A DNA stretch of 64,000 bases from Lytechinus pictus. Taxonomy: Eukaryota. Shown here piece by piece: positions 21,472-35,780 of this stretch (the first letter of the stretch is position 1; each line of letters starts with the position of its first letter). Location of the stretch: positions 14,138,001-14,202,000 of the forward strand of contig NC_087245.1 in NCBI RefSeq assembly GCF_037042905.1, written 5' to 3'. A program made the position numbers and the translations under genes. Below the pieces are notes generated by a model. The model saw only the letters and a list, made by a program, of their open reading frames with translations. It was not told where the DNA came from and did no database searches.

Positions 21472-24400
21472 AGGCCAATGGGAGTGATCATGGCGACTCC
21501 GGGAGGGACGAGGTTGACTACGAGTGCTTATCAATCCATATATCATGTGTACTCAATAGAATCATAGCTCTTGTGTATACACACAACTTTGAGCAGTGTG
21601 ACTGAGTACGTGGCATGTTTTAGAGTAGCATGGGCGCAGTTTTGCATGTTTACATGTCAATGGGGGAATGGATAAGTTTTTAAGAAGACACAAATTTTCC
21701 AAGTTAGACTAGGATTTTATTTGTTGTAATGTGTAGTACATGATGAGTTTTTTAAACCATGAATGAAAATGTAATTTAAATAGTAAGAAAACTCCTCTTT
21801 TACTCAAATTGGTATTTGATTATTCTGTGATATCATTCTCATCTACCATGCTTTTCCTGATTCAAACTTTACGAAATCCCATCTATAATTTCATGTCCAT
21901 GAATAATGTTTATTGAAAGTGATTGAAGGGAGTGGTATTAATGTGAGGTAAATAGGAGGGGATGGTAGGAGAGTTTGTAGGTGTAGGAGACAAAAAATTT
22001 ATAAAGAAGGGACGAGGGAGAGGTGCAGGGGCGTATTCGGAGGGGGGGGGTAAAAGAAAGAGGATTAAAGAGATAGAGATTAAGAGTGCGGATAATCAAA
22101 CGATAAATCAGAGTCTTTGGTAATGATTTTAGAAGAGGCAGGCACAATGACAGAGAGATATGATAGGATGGATAGAAAGAGAGAGAAAAAAAAACTTCTT
22201 TAGGGTAAGATGGTTGGTACTTGTGGTGTAAGTCTGATGGGTTGAATTAATTGTGCATGGGCGGAAGATGCACGGAAGTGACTTTGCTGGAGGCGCAATC
22301 ATCGGAGGCCTCTTGAACATCAGGCAGACAGCAGAGGAAAGGAGGGAGGGAGAGGGAAGGTGTTGGAGAAAAAAAATGGTACTCGTATGATATGATGTAT
22401 GGAAAATAGAAGATGATACTGATTGAATGATAATGGGTATGGTAGCAAGTTACATTGTCCAAGATGCTATGATGTTCTCGTGTTTCATTTATTGATGCTT
22501 ATTTTGGTAAAACTTCTCTTGCCACAAAGTCCTGGCAGCAGCACCAGTGTTTATGAAACATAAGTATAAATCATTGCATGCATTTCTTTTTGGCAATTAG
22601 TTCTTCATCATTGAAACATGAGTATATTTTTTAGTTGTAAAATATTCATAGCAGTCACAGTCAATGTCTGAATGGAAAAGTATGTAGTATAATGTTGTAT
22701 TGTAAAAGGTAGAATAATATTTTCAAAAAGCAGTTAAAGCATCTAGAGAAAATAAAAGCAAGGTTCCACATGATTTATCCATATCGATTATTCAGTACTT
22801 GCTGCACAGAAACATTGTTTGTGTTAACAACGTTTCTTTGTGGCCGATAGAGGTATTTTACCTGTCTTGTAAACAAACAAAAAACTCCCACTCGTGATTG
22901 CCTGAATTAATTTGTGCAATTTTTTTTTAAATCTTGGTAAGCTCTACAATACACTTCTACATAAAAGTGAATTTGCTTGATTTTTCCTAATTGTTTTTGT
23001 CAAAGTTGCCTTTGACATCCTGATAAAGGGGACATTTCCTGTACCTTCTAGTTGTTTCTGGAAATGAAAGAATTCAACAAACACTCTTGAATGATATAGA
23101 TTCCTCATCAAATAATGTCTGTAGTGAAAAAAGAGGCCATCTATTGACAGAGGGAAGTCTGTGCTTGTCTTGTAGTCCTCCATGATGACAACACCCTGAA
23201 ACTGAAGTGAAATATCTGTTAATAACTGCCATCAGGCCTCTTAACTGATTGTGTCATCTTCAAGATGCAAGCAGCAAGGAGAACTTTAGCATCATAAGTT
23301 TGAACTGTGGAGGCGGGGAAGATGGATTAAGAAGTAAAACAGGCAAATAGCATGTTATTGCCATGGTAACTTAAGATCGTTTGATCCTCACATGTATGTA
23401 GAGGATAGGCAGGTGGAAAATATGTGTGTAGGGCATACCTGCAGATCTGTAATTTTGTAGTGTCTTAGAATATTTCTTATGCTTGGGGGAAAATGGCTGA
23501 GTATAGCATATTGCTTCCTTGAAGTTAAACAGAGGTTTAGGGAATCTTATAGAGGTACATGTATTGGAGATAGGGAGTAGTGCAATAGGGGAGAGTGGAA
23601 TAACAATGTCCTCATGATTTCCTCATATAGGTGTTGACTTGTCGGCTGAGAACACAGAATATAGAGAAAGGGGAAGGTGGTTAAGAGGCAGTTGCCACAA
23701 TTCATAAAATGGAGAATGGAGTAGAAGAATTAAGATGTGATGCTAGAGGCATTTCCTTTCCAAGTGCAATTAGTCCGCCATGGGAGTACCATTTTCTCTC
23801 TCCTTTTCTTGCCGTGCTCCCCTTTGCCCTCGATAGGCAATCGTACGATAGTGAAGCTTTAACCAAATATGCTCAGCTTTTCCCCGCGCTCCTTGAACGG
23901 AGCCTTACTTTGATAAAAGTCCTGCTTTCTGTTGTTTTTGCTTCAACATATTCTGTGCTTTCTCTGCTCTCCTTTGTTTTTGTTTGTTGTTTCTCCTCCA
24001 TTGGACATGCCTGGAATGTACCTATTCTCTTTCATGGAAGAGAAACTGGATGCCCCATTAGAAAGTTCACTTGACCATTCCTCGTGCAATTTCAACATTA
24101 ACCCTTGCTCTGGTAGCCATCACAAAGAGAATTCTAATAGAATCCAACAAAATAACCACCAAGTGTTTGGAAGCAAACATGAACATGCCAATCAATTTTG
24201 TAAGATATCAAGTTATTGCTCAGTAATTACCAAATGTCTTCCCCTCTTTATCTGTTTATGCAAATCAGTGGGTTTTTTTCTTCCAATCTTTCATCAAATA
24301 TGCACCACTTACAATCACACTCAGTAAGAAATTAACCAAAATGTAACATTATAGACCAATTTATGCTGTTTAACAAAATTGATTAATCTCCACGCTCACC

Positions 24401-27400
24401 CCCGATTGGTTGTTCCTCTCCTTTTCTACTAAACCCCCTTTCTCATAATCCTGGATCTGGCCCGTGACCGTGTATTAGAATTTAAACATTTTAACTTTCA
24501 CAAATTAGAGGATGAGTACCAAACCTGCATTTCATATGACCCATCTCATTTGCATAGATGACATCCAGGCCAGTAGAAATATCATGGGTTCATGTTTATT
24601 GGAGATGATTGCTTCTCACTCTGCCAACTTGAGAGTCGCCCCTTAACTCCAAAGATAAATTTGTGATGCAATAAAGGCAATATAGCCTTTGGGGTATATT
24701 CATCTTTGAGATGGGACTGTAATTGCAGTTTTTTTTTCTTCTTCTCCATCGTTTCTTTGCTCGCAAGGAGCAGCGTGGTGTAATCAATTGACTCTGTCCA
24801 TGGCTTGGATCTTAACATGTCTTTTTCTGGGATTAGAAGCATTCATAGAATGACGTTACTCAATTGATTTTTGAACTCCTGAACATTGATGCCGCGAATG
24901 TTTGGGGATTAGGAAAGGGCAGATGGAGGGGAAATTGAATCAAAGGGAAAAATATAAAGAATTACATATATATCTTTATTCGCTAAATAATATAACATTA
25001 ACATATGCAGTTATGTGGCACTTCTATAAAAAGGAGAAAAAAAGAATTATACCCATAAAAACAAATTAAATACACATTTTGATACTGATACTGAAAATGA
25101 ATAATGAAAAAAAAGATATGAAAGAATGACATTGCAAATAAAGGCGGGGAGAATGAAAGATTCACATTAAGAAAGATAGATAAATAGAGAGAGAGAGACC
25201 TAAGGAAAGAGGTAGGGGGATGAAAAGAGGAGAAAGGGAAGGGGGCAGAAAAAAGGAACACCAAACAGTAGAGTGAGAGGCAAATAAATGTGATTGATTA
25301 TGCATGGTTTGATAATCTTGTGGAATGAAAACAAATCAATTAAGAGTATCAACGCTTCTCAGTGGTTATTAATTTAGTTTCAGACTCCAATCAGTCCTAT
25401 TACATTCCTCTTACATGGCATCTTCATTTATATTTTTTCTTTCATCATTTGTTGAATGACAGTCACTGTATTATTTGTTTAAAATGTAAAATGCTGTTAC
25501 AATACAGTATGTCTTATTGTACACCATCATACCTTGTACAACTGTATGGGTAATTGTAGTTATGGTCATTTATCATCATTCCAGTGGCACCTCAGATCCT
25601 CTGGTAGAGACTTAGCCTACCCATAGTGCATCACCCCCATCAGCCGATCAGCTCAAGAAGTCGCATCAATCCAGGTTAAATATTCCTACCCAGGCATTTA
25701 TTGTTTGAGGGGCTGTAGGGGATGTAGATGTCTTTTGTTCAATATTTATCCAACACGTCACTCCAATGGGGATTCAATATCACTATTTCTCTCTGTCACC
25801 CTCAAACCACAATAATATCTAGTATTGCAATCTAACATGGTGTTTTCATCTATGGAGTTCAAGTAGGGATGTTTTTGTGCAGTCTTTACCTGCTAGAATT
25901 TCAAGTGTGAATGGCAAGTCAAAGAGCTGATAAAAAAACCTTGGTTATTGCAGAATATTTCAACTGAATCTCCCCATTCCCCCTAATATATCAAGACTTC
26001 GCACTTTGCAGAGTACTAAGTGTTTCAACCTAAAGTTTAAGATGAAGCTGTATGACATAGACATGGGCCAATGGCAGGGTTGTGTATCTCTGAACCAAAA
26101 GTTCAGAACAGTAAAGATGATCAACATTATGTTTCCCGCATACATGTTGGAGTTCGATAGAATCTGTGATAACATGAGATTACTTTTGCTCTAGTTTGAG
26201 GCGATCAATTGAACAGCAGCACATGGCTCATCAAAAAATCATGAGAAACACGTTTGGTCGTCACATCCGAATCAATATGTGGAAATGTGTTTTCAACGTT
26301 CTTGCCCTTGAGTTAGGAGACAAAAGAGACTAGAGAGAGAGAGAGAGATTTGGGGATGGGTTTTTATAATGTTGAATCAGTATGTTTAGATTTAAGTAAG
26401 TAAAGGTGGATTTTTTTCTCCATAGAAGCAGTTGTACATTCATAGAGCAATTTGGAATGCAGTTTTGAGCTCTGTAGTTCAACTATATTGCTGCAGCTTA
26501 GTATACATCGGATTTCAATGACATCATTTACATGTATGGTGGTTTTGGGGTTTGTTTTATCAATCTTTGCAGAGCTCTTTATTTCTGAGGATTAATTTCC
26601 CAGAAGTGAAAAATCAATTTCCCCTTTTGGTTTTTTTTTTCATGTTGTATTCCTTTCTTTTTTTATTATAAGTTTTGGAAAGCTGTGTCACTAAGTTGCT
26701 TCTTATAAAGAATTCTTATGAAGAAAATGCATTGTTCAAAATGTTAACCTACTACTGATTTCTTTATCTCCCATGGATTTTGTACATGGATCAACCATTT
26801 CCAGGTGGGAACAGGTTCAGTTCCTTTTAGATGAGGTTTGGGTCTGCCTTTCTTTCTATGATCCTTTAAGCATTTCAGAACTTTTAGATCAATAACTTGC
26901 CTATTTCTATGCAATTACTACTATCATATTTCTTTGTCTGCAACTGGATCCTTTTTGACTTCATGTCTATGTCCATTTTATTTTGTTTTCTGTGGAGTAA
27001 TATCAATAATGACGTGCTTTCACTGCTGCTATCCTAGCCTTTGTAAATACTGCTAAAAGGTGTTGATTTTTTTTTATCTTGGCCTGGGTCCGAACCTCAC
27101 CATCTCCCATCCCCGTTGCCACTGGACTGCGAAAGCTAAGTAGAGGATGTGATGATCTTCTTGGCCAACGAATTCTCCCTGATGAGCCGGCAAGACTAAT
27201 AAGCAGGAACCGAAAGTGGAAAATCTCGCTGGAGAGTGAAGGGAATTGCCAATTTAGCAGGCTATGTCAATTGGAAATGTGATCTAAATTTAGCACTGTA
27301 TAGCCGCGATAGCGATTGCTTTAATCATTTGAGGAAAGAGTACTTTTTCCTAGAGGGGCGGGGATATGTCCAATTTTAGTGTGTAATTTCCTCAAACGAT

Positions 27401-27503
27401 AATAATATGGTTGGGTTATTTTGTAAAGTTAAGTTGAAGAATGGAAGTTCATTCTACATGTTTTGTTATTTTAAAGATCTCTCATTGGTGCATTAGTGTC
27501 CAG

Positions 27504-27667
27504 GGGCCGTTTCATAAAGCTGTTCGTAAATACGACTGGTGATCCTTTCTTGTGGTTAATGATATTTACCTTTAAATGTTCATTAGTGATTATGTAGTGC
27601 GTAAAAAGGTTCATCAGTCATTCTTAAAGTTGCTCTTTACTTACGAACAGCTTTATGAAACACCCAC
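27504..27667. mobile_element. MITE family A copy (GGGCCGTTTCATAAAGCTGTTCGTAA ends), CAG TSD
   Basis: CAG|GGGCCGTTTCATAAAGCTG ... CAGCTTTATGAAACACCCAC|CAG. Homologous to the copies at 29770, 36620 and 46788. Confidence 0.9.
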
Positions 27668-29569
27668 CAGTCCAGTCGAAACATGAATTTACTATATCAA
27701 ATTTAAAACTGGGGCATCTTTTCAAGTAACTCTCTTTCCAGGCAGTTCAAAGGCAGTGCGGTAGAGAGACTATTCAGAATGATGTTTGCAGTCAGTCTTT
27801 ATGCCTTTGTCCTTTAATCCTCCGCAAGACTAGAAATGTCAGCAAAGAATTAGGGCTGGAGATCCGAGAGGTTATTACTTTAGATGAAACTATGAATTCA
27901 AATTCATGTGCTGCTCTTTCCATTTGTATGAGGCCATGTTGACTTGCCTATTTCTTTATCACACCATTTATGTAGAATTAGCCATCTATTGAAATAGGTT
28001 TGAATGTCTTTAGTTACTTGTTCCCCCTTTTCATTTTTTTTAACTTTACACTATCTTTCTTTCCCTCTTTCCCACTCCCCCTCTAAATTGGCTTAATTGC
28101 CTACAGTATCACTAATGATTTTTCAAGGTATTATTTTTTTGTAAATATTCCTTATTCTTCTTCTACATGTCTCTCTCCTTAGTTTTCTTTTTTTCTATAT
28201 CATTTAACATTCCAGTTTTCTATCCTTATCTTTAGTATTTCAGTCCCTCTTAGTTTTTTTTCTTTCTGCAATCTTCCTTCCTTTGTACCCCCCCCCCCCT
28301 CTGTCTCGTCTATTTTCCTAGCATCTGTAGTGCGTAATGCAGTATTATGTCAAGCTTATTATCTTATCTGTCTGATATACAAATCTTCTGTCATCACTGT
28401 TTAAATTCATATCTCATGCACTCTTGGTCCTATTTTATTCATTGTTGTAGCTACTTTTTTTCTCTTTTTTAAAAGTGATTTAAAGGTACATATGTATACT
28501 ATCACATAACATTTATCAGAGCCCAAATGGCAGCAGTAAATATGTTATATCATTTATTTAGACATATGAATGTTATTACAAATTATTGAATTTCCGGCAA
28601 ATTCTGTAAAATTGAATAAGATATTTTTAAAATGGTGATATTAGCTTGTCAGTGGCACCTTATGCTGATTGACAATGTTAGTATGAAGACACCCATCATT
28701 TGCAATCCTGAAGCACTGTTCTGACTAATTTTCTGGGATAGCTAGGTTTCCCGTATCAATGTGAAATCTAACTCTGTTGGGAGTCCCTTTACACTCCTTT
28801 CATTGGGTCCATTCCTGAAGCACTAAGATCTGCACAGCTCCAGTAACTTCTGAACTGTAATGAGAAGATTGGAGGCCCGAGGTGACATGACTAGAGGGAA
28901 GGTGAGGCATGCAGGAATGGAAGGACGTTGGTTCAGGGTGGAAGAAGTCAGATAGAAATAAGGGGAAAGGGTCAGGGGAAACCAGAATAAATAAAGGGTT
29001 GAAAATAAAGAGCAAATGATGAATTTGAATGGATAGGGATTTTTTTTTATGTTATTGAAAAAGAAGAGAGAGAGAGAGAGAGAGGAGGTCAGAAAGAGTG
29101 ATGAAAATGAGGAATAAGATGTTGAGGAACAAAAGAATGAGGTTAAGGAGAATGAGGATGAGGAGAATGAGGATGGGGAGAAGAAGAATGAGGAGGAAAA
29201 GAGCAAGAAAATTAGAATGTTGGAATTGGAAGTTTTACTTGGCAAAATAAAGAAAAATAAAGGAATATTAAGTATTCAGAAAAAAGGAGTTGTAGTGAGA
29301 GAGAGATACTCTGAATTTAGATACACCTTATTAATAATCTCATAACTATGCCGTGTTCTCCTCACTTCCCGTTTGATATCGCTATTGGTAGATGTCAGAG
29401 GAATAACACTTGATATTCTCAATACAAATGAAATGTAGCATTCTACAAGTCAAGCTTGAAGCAAAGGGTGTGGCTACATTTATAATGCCCTTATTTCTCT
29501 CTTCAATTGTTGTACATGTTTTATTCAAAAACGGGCAAGTGGGAAGAATTTGCTTTTAGCTGCAATCTA

Positions 29570-29977
29570 CTGCCTCTAAATTCCAAGGATTTAGAATAAA
29601 TCCAGAAAGGCTGTGAATAGTGACCAGCCAAATATAAGATTTAGATTTAAACCTTGTTGATATAAATATAAATCTAAAAGATTTGAATTTAAATCTTTCG
29701 AGATTTAAAAGTTAATCCTTAAGAATAAAAACAAATTAAAAATTTGGCTGGTCACTCACAGCCGATCTGGGGGCCGTTACATAAAGCTGTTTGTAAGTTG
29801 AGAGCAACTTTAAGAACAACTGGTGATCCTTTCTTACGTGCTAAACCATCGCCAATGAATATACCATTTACCACAAGAAAGGATCACCAGTCTTTCTTAA
29901 AGTCGCTCTTAACTTACGAACAGCTTCATGAAACACCTACCCGAATTTATTTTAAATCCTTGGAATTTAGAGTGCAG
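29570..29977. mobile_element. MITE with CTCTAAATTCCAAGGATTTA TIRs, interrupted by a family A MITE
   Basis: Left CTCTAAATTCCAAGGATTTAGAATAAATCCAGAAAGGCTGTGA..GTGACCAGCCAAAT is inverted at the right end, where it is split by the insert at 29770-29940. Confidence 0.8.
29770..29940. mobile_element. MITE family A copy nested in another MITE
   Basis: GGGGCCGTTACATAAAGCTG...CAGCTTCATGAAACACCTAC, flanked by CTG/CCG (decayed TSD). Confidence 0.85.
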
Positions 29978-31580
29978 TGTATAATGTTTATCAGGATGAT
30001 GTTGTTTCATCAAATAATTTCATCACTAATTATTTTTCTTTATGCCTGTATTACTCTGTAATTTATACACAAGATTTCATTATCAATATAATAATTTCAT
30101 AAGGCCCTGATTACATTAAAAGCTAAAGTAGAATTTAACAATATTGATGAATTCAATAGATTTTTAAGAGAAATAAAATACTTGATGGACATAACAACTT
30201 GACTAAAGGCACTCACATGAAATAGATTACAATACAGACCTAAAAGACTCCAAAGGCAGCCTTTATAATTACAGATTTGATAATCCAAATTTATTTCAAC
30301 AAAATATAACCAAAAGCTCTTTGTGAACAATGATGCGAATGATTGGCCATTTCAATCAACATAGTGTACATTTATCTACTAAAATAAACTTATTGTTAAC
30401 CCCTCCTGGCACCTAAACCCTTGAGAGAAAGGTATTAATTTTAACCTAGAAAAGATTTATTTTGAGAATAGCATTTGCTATAGAGAGGACATCGTACATG
30501 ACCTCTCCTATTGTTTTTAGTACTTGCTCTACACAAATTTCTTTACCTTTAGGCGCTATGGCGTAGGTAAGACGCAATATTTGCTTTTAGTAGTTGACTA
30601 ATTTACATTTCTTGTTGCATTCAGAATCTGTTATACAAACATTGAATACATACAGTAGGAATAGGGATATTTGGGCCAACGTTAAACAGTGCATCCATTT
30701 CATAATGCTTCTTTAAGATTTCCTTTAATTAGTATCTCTTATCTCTTCTCTCTGCTGTATTAAATATGTTTTTCTTCTGTCTGTGATGGAAGATGGTGTC
30801 TCAAACATATATAAATTGCCAATTTCCCATATTTTTTACACTGTCATTTGTTGAAAGACTTGATTTTGTTTCTTTTTTTCATATCAATAACGCAAATTCT
30901 ACCTTTTTTAAATTGCTGAGTAATACCGTCTTAGCATGATAAAATGTTAATAGTTTTTCTAAGTTTCTATATCCACAGTAAGGTTTCTTTCAGGCTGAAG
31001 TATATTCAGCTACAGAAATCACAGTCTTTTTAATACATACAAAAGGGCCAATACCCGGTGAACTGTATGCTCTTTATTCTTAGCGCTATCCCTGTATCTT
31101 ATGTCCGAAGGACTGCAACGCTAATTATTAGCTGTAATGGAACATTAGTGACCTGCATTGTCGGAACATGGTGCCAGGGTGTCTGTGAAAGTAGGTCCTG
31201 TCTTGTGGCTAAAACCGAACAGCCGTCAAGCGTCACGGCTTATTAATTTCTCCTCTGCTCTCTGGGAAAACCACCTGACTCTTTAAGATCTTGGACCATC
31301 TGTAAATTAATTCATAAGACAATATTTTTGGCCGCGGGTGCCCCACAAAGAGTGCGTGAGGTCACAACCATATAGCAAATGGACGAGCCCTGAGAAGACA
31401 GTGCGTGTTCCAGTTTTTTTTTTCCCCTGTGTTTTTTTTTGCTCAACCCCTTGGGGAAGTGGCTCCTCGTTGCTTGCATGTCCTTATTTATGCCCTCATG
31501 TGCACGTTATGAGCGGTATTTGCTGGTGCATGCAAACAAATTTCTTGAGCAATTTGAGAAACAAGCAATATCCTCCCGAA

Positions 31581-31734
31581 TACCTTGGTCACATTTGCTC
31601 TACAGCGGCCGTACGGCGAGTCGAAAACAGCCGTTTTATTACTTTTAATTCAAACCACCTATATGTAGTTGGAAAAAAAAATGTTGAAACAGCTGTTTTC
31701 GACTCGCTGCCATAGAGCAAATGTGACCAAGGTA
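31581..31734. mobile_element. Short Harbinger-like MITE
   Basis: Perfect 22-bp TIR TACCTTGGTCACATTTGCTCTA plus an inner inverted GCGAGTCGAAAACAGC. TSD not conserved. Confidence 0.8.
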
Positions 31735-34115
31735 TTATAGTGTGATGAAGAGTGCCAGAGTTGAGAAAGTAAGGTGAAAAGTTGACGAGAATTTAATGGA
31801 GTTGGGGAGTTTGGGGCTAATAGATTTTGTTGAGATGAGATCATTATCTTTACCTTTTTTGTCAAGTTTGTATTAGATTAATTAAAATTAAGGTCTCAGA
31901 AATAATTTTAAAATATGATGAGTTGATTCTAAAGAAAGTGAAGGATTGAAAACCAAAGGGTATCTTCTATGAGACAAAATGAGGCTGAAATCTAAAACTG
32001 ATGATAGTTTGTTTTCCAGCATCTCTCATTTCTTTGAGTGTATCATCATCCATTTTGTCAGGTATCTCTGGCCCTGGGGAGCAAGCATTATGATTCTGCC
32101 GCCAAAAGGTATGCAAGTATCAAATTGCTCAGGAGTCAGAAAGTAGTTCATGGTTATCCTAGTCTTCCTAGATGCATGTTATCTTTCTCATGTCTTCTTT
32201 TTAGGTTGAACACGATTGCAACAACCTGCTTTTTTAGGGGGAGGGGGTAGGTCTTGCCAAGCAGTTGTATTTTAGAACTGTGGATTAGTCTGCATTATGC
32301 GATGGTATATTATTTTTAACGATCTGGAAGCAGGTTGGTTCAAGGATTCTGCTTCTTGGAAAAGCATTATTAATGCTTACTTTGTAAAAGCCTGTATATC
32401 CTTACCCATAACTGTAAAAAAAATTGTAGTGTATAAAAGTTGCAGAGTTTTTCCTATTTCATTCAGCTTCATGCATAAACATGATTGTGAAATTTAAAAA
32501 GTTTATCTTTGAACTTTGACGGTTTTGGTTTCATTATTGATTTTACTACTTTTTCTTATGCCAAATGGAGAGTAAATTCTTCCCATGATATACGGTATCC
32601 AATTTGAATATTCTATGATAGTATATAATGATTGGAAGATTTCCTATTTATATTTATCCTTTAAAATTTGATACATCATCAAATGTATCTTTCTTGGTAG
32701 AATTTTTGGGTAAAAGATTAGTCACTTTTACATAATGCATGTGACATTGACACTATAATTGAAAACAAGTGTGTCAGCTATCTAATTTTTATCTTCTGTG
32801 GATAAGCAAACATGCGATCTAAAATTAAAGACTAATAAACGAAAATGGATTATATTAATGATATTTCTTTTTTTTTCGAGAATTTTGTTCTGTGGTAGTT
32901 AACTTGGAAACAATAGTCCTCACCTTTCTATTGTACACCATTGTGATACTCCCTTTTTCTCCCCATCTTTGTTCTATTTAAAAAAATTTTTTTTGGTGTG
33001 CACCATTAATTTTAATTGCCCCGTATATCCCTGTGAATATCCTCTGGTAGATCTTTACCCCCCCCCCCCCTTTCTCTCTGGCCCTCTCCCTGTCACTTCA
33101 TATCATACCACTCCTCTCCGTCTTTTCTGTTCATCACCCCCCCCCCCCTCTCTCTGTCTCTCTCTCTTTCTTGCACCACCTACCATTAATGTTTGTCAGT
33201 CTGATTTTCAATCTCCATGTTTCAATCTCTCTCTCTCTCTCTCTCTGACTCTCTGGCCTTGCATGGTATGTAAATGAGGGGCCCTTTTTCCTTTTCCTGT
33301 CGTTTCTCCACCACTTATGGACGTGTTGCTTCAATCCGATTCATGAGTTTTGTCAAATGCATTAGCCAGGCCCCTGCATATCATTAAAGCTAAATAGATT
33401 TTGTCAAGGGTGTGACATGAGATTGATGTTCAAAGAGACAGGTCACATCTATGAATTGATCATCATTTGTAATAGATTGTGATATAATTGCTGGAAATGA
33501 CTATGTAGATTATGATAACTTTTAGAAATAAAAAGAGAGTCAAGATATGATAATGATGTTAATGACAATAATCATTTTCTATAAAGCACAAATGTTGATC
33601 AATCTGTTAAGCAATTGATGTGGGTTAAAAAAAAGTAATAATCTTAAATTTACATTTTTTTAATGAATTTGCCTGCCTGCTGTTGAATTTCTTTTTCTGT
33701 TCTCATGATTTATACTCTGTAATAACATTCTCTTCATTCATGATGTATCATGTAATGTGGTTTCCAAATAGGATTTTTATCATATTTTTTCCGTTGGTAC
33801 GATTCATACATACATTCAATCCCTCCCCCCCCCCCCCTCTCGCAATCTCTCTATCAGTACTCCTGCCCCTTTGTTCTGCATCTGCAATTGGTCACCATTC
33901 TCATTTTACCTTCACCCTCTCTCCCTATCCTTCTCTTTCTCATTAATTTCTTCTCACGAATTTCCCTTTTTTTATCCCCCTGACAGTATATATAAATGGT
34001 TTCTTCCTTTGCAATCAAGCCCCTATGAAATCGCTGTGTCTTTTCTCTTCTTCACTGTGCCTCTCTTGGTGTCTCTATCTTCCTGTCAAATCTTTCATTT
34101 GAGGTCAATTTCTCT

Positions 34116-34318
<203 letters not shown>

Positions 34319-35780
34319 GTCTGTCTGTTATCAATCTCTTCACTTATTAGTAGCAGCTTAATCATCATTGCCACCACTATTTTGCACATTTTTGTAATAA
34401 TTTTGGCTGATACTTTATAAAATTTATACTGTATTTTATTTTAATATTTTCCAACATCCCTCTTATCCCTTAAACACATTTTTTTCCAAGACAATTTTCT
34501 TTAATATGCTTTGACACTTTCATCAATTTCCCTCGCTTTTCTCTTCCTTATATCTTCTACAAAGTTCCCCAATCTCTTTTGTCCCTTTGTGATACTTATT
34601 TTATATCAAGTCTTCTTGATACTTATTTTGCATTTACTCCTAATTTAAATCACTTGCTTATGTTAGTCTCCCCCTTCTTTCTTTCTCCCCCTCTCTTTCG
34701 TTTTCTCTTTCTCTCTCTCACTGTCACTTCAACACCAAATCTCCATGATCCTTTTATCTCCATTCTTTCTCTCTCTTTCCCTCTCTGCCATCTCTCCATC
34801 TGCCTGTGATCAGCACCAATCCTCACTCTGTTTCTCTCACGCATTATCATCCTCAATTCCTGTTCAGTTGTGTGTGTGCTGTCACATTAGACAGTTCCTC
34901 TTTCTACAGTTCCTCGTTGGGTGTGTGGCATGTTGTCGAGCCCTAAATTTGTTTCTCTTTGAAACGGATCGTTGCCCAAACAGATCACAACATATTCTTT
35001 GACTCTACTTTTCCAGCATCTTTCATATAATACCCTTCACCACAATACCAGCGTTGCTATCCAAAATTTTAACAGAAAAAAGAAACTGTTTTCTTTTTCA
35101 TCTGCGTGACAAAAGCTCTGTCGGTAGTAATTTCAGGAGACATTTACTAGGATTTACGACTATTTGATCGCTTGGTGATTTCAAATGGTCAAGAGGTCTT
35201 GCAAGAGGATTTTACGAGAGACGAAAAGTGCAGCCATTGCAATTACTTTCCCATCCTAAAGGCAATCAAGCTGTTTAAGGTGTGACCAAGTGATTTCTGT
35301 CAGGGCAGATTGTATTCTTTACAGTGTGGAGTAAGGGTTCAACTGGATATTTAAAAGTCCTTCACTTGAGGCCGATTAAAGTGATATTCAAAGCAGTTTT
35401 GGAATACTGTAGGACTACTTCCAAAAGAATATCCATTTAAAGGTATATTTTTATTCATTTTATAATTTGATTGGTTTATCTTCAAAGAATTTGCTGTGAT
35501 TATCGTTAATGTAGCTGTGAATATTGATGTCATTTTCATGTATGATTTGGATAATAATCAATAGTAAAGATGAGGTAGGTAGAACCATTAAAAGTTCTTC
35601 TGGGCATTTTTGGTTATATGCTCAAAGTATTGTAATTAGTTCTATTAAAATTGTTATTTTGCTAACAGATTTTGAAATTTTGTAGGCCCTGTACTGAAAA
35701 TAAAAACATTCTCAAGATATTGGTACAGTTCAATAAAATTGTTTGAAAGTGGGGGAGATCATTTGCACAAGGATGATCAG

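Noticed and set aside
21453..21566. Possible exon after the tttattgtag acceptor (ATG GGT TGC... frame)
   Set aside because: In the required phase 1 it stops after 11 codons and shows no Trio similarity. Better explained as a regulatory motif cluster.
23709..24327. Overlapping 121-aa and 131-aa ORFs
   Set aside because: No recognisable domain, biased composition, and no supporting splice-site pair.
27079..27282. ORF containing LRKLSRG, resembling the Trio post-SH3 ..VRRLSSG motif
   Set aside because: No AG acceptor after the upstream T tract, an in-frame TGA at 27064 and a non-ATG start. Likely chance similarity.
28823..29245. 140-aa Ser/Phe-rich minus-strand ORF
   Set aside because: Arises from a low-complexity GA-rich tract; no domain features.
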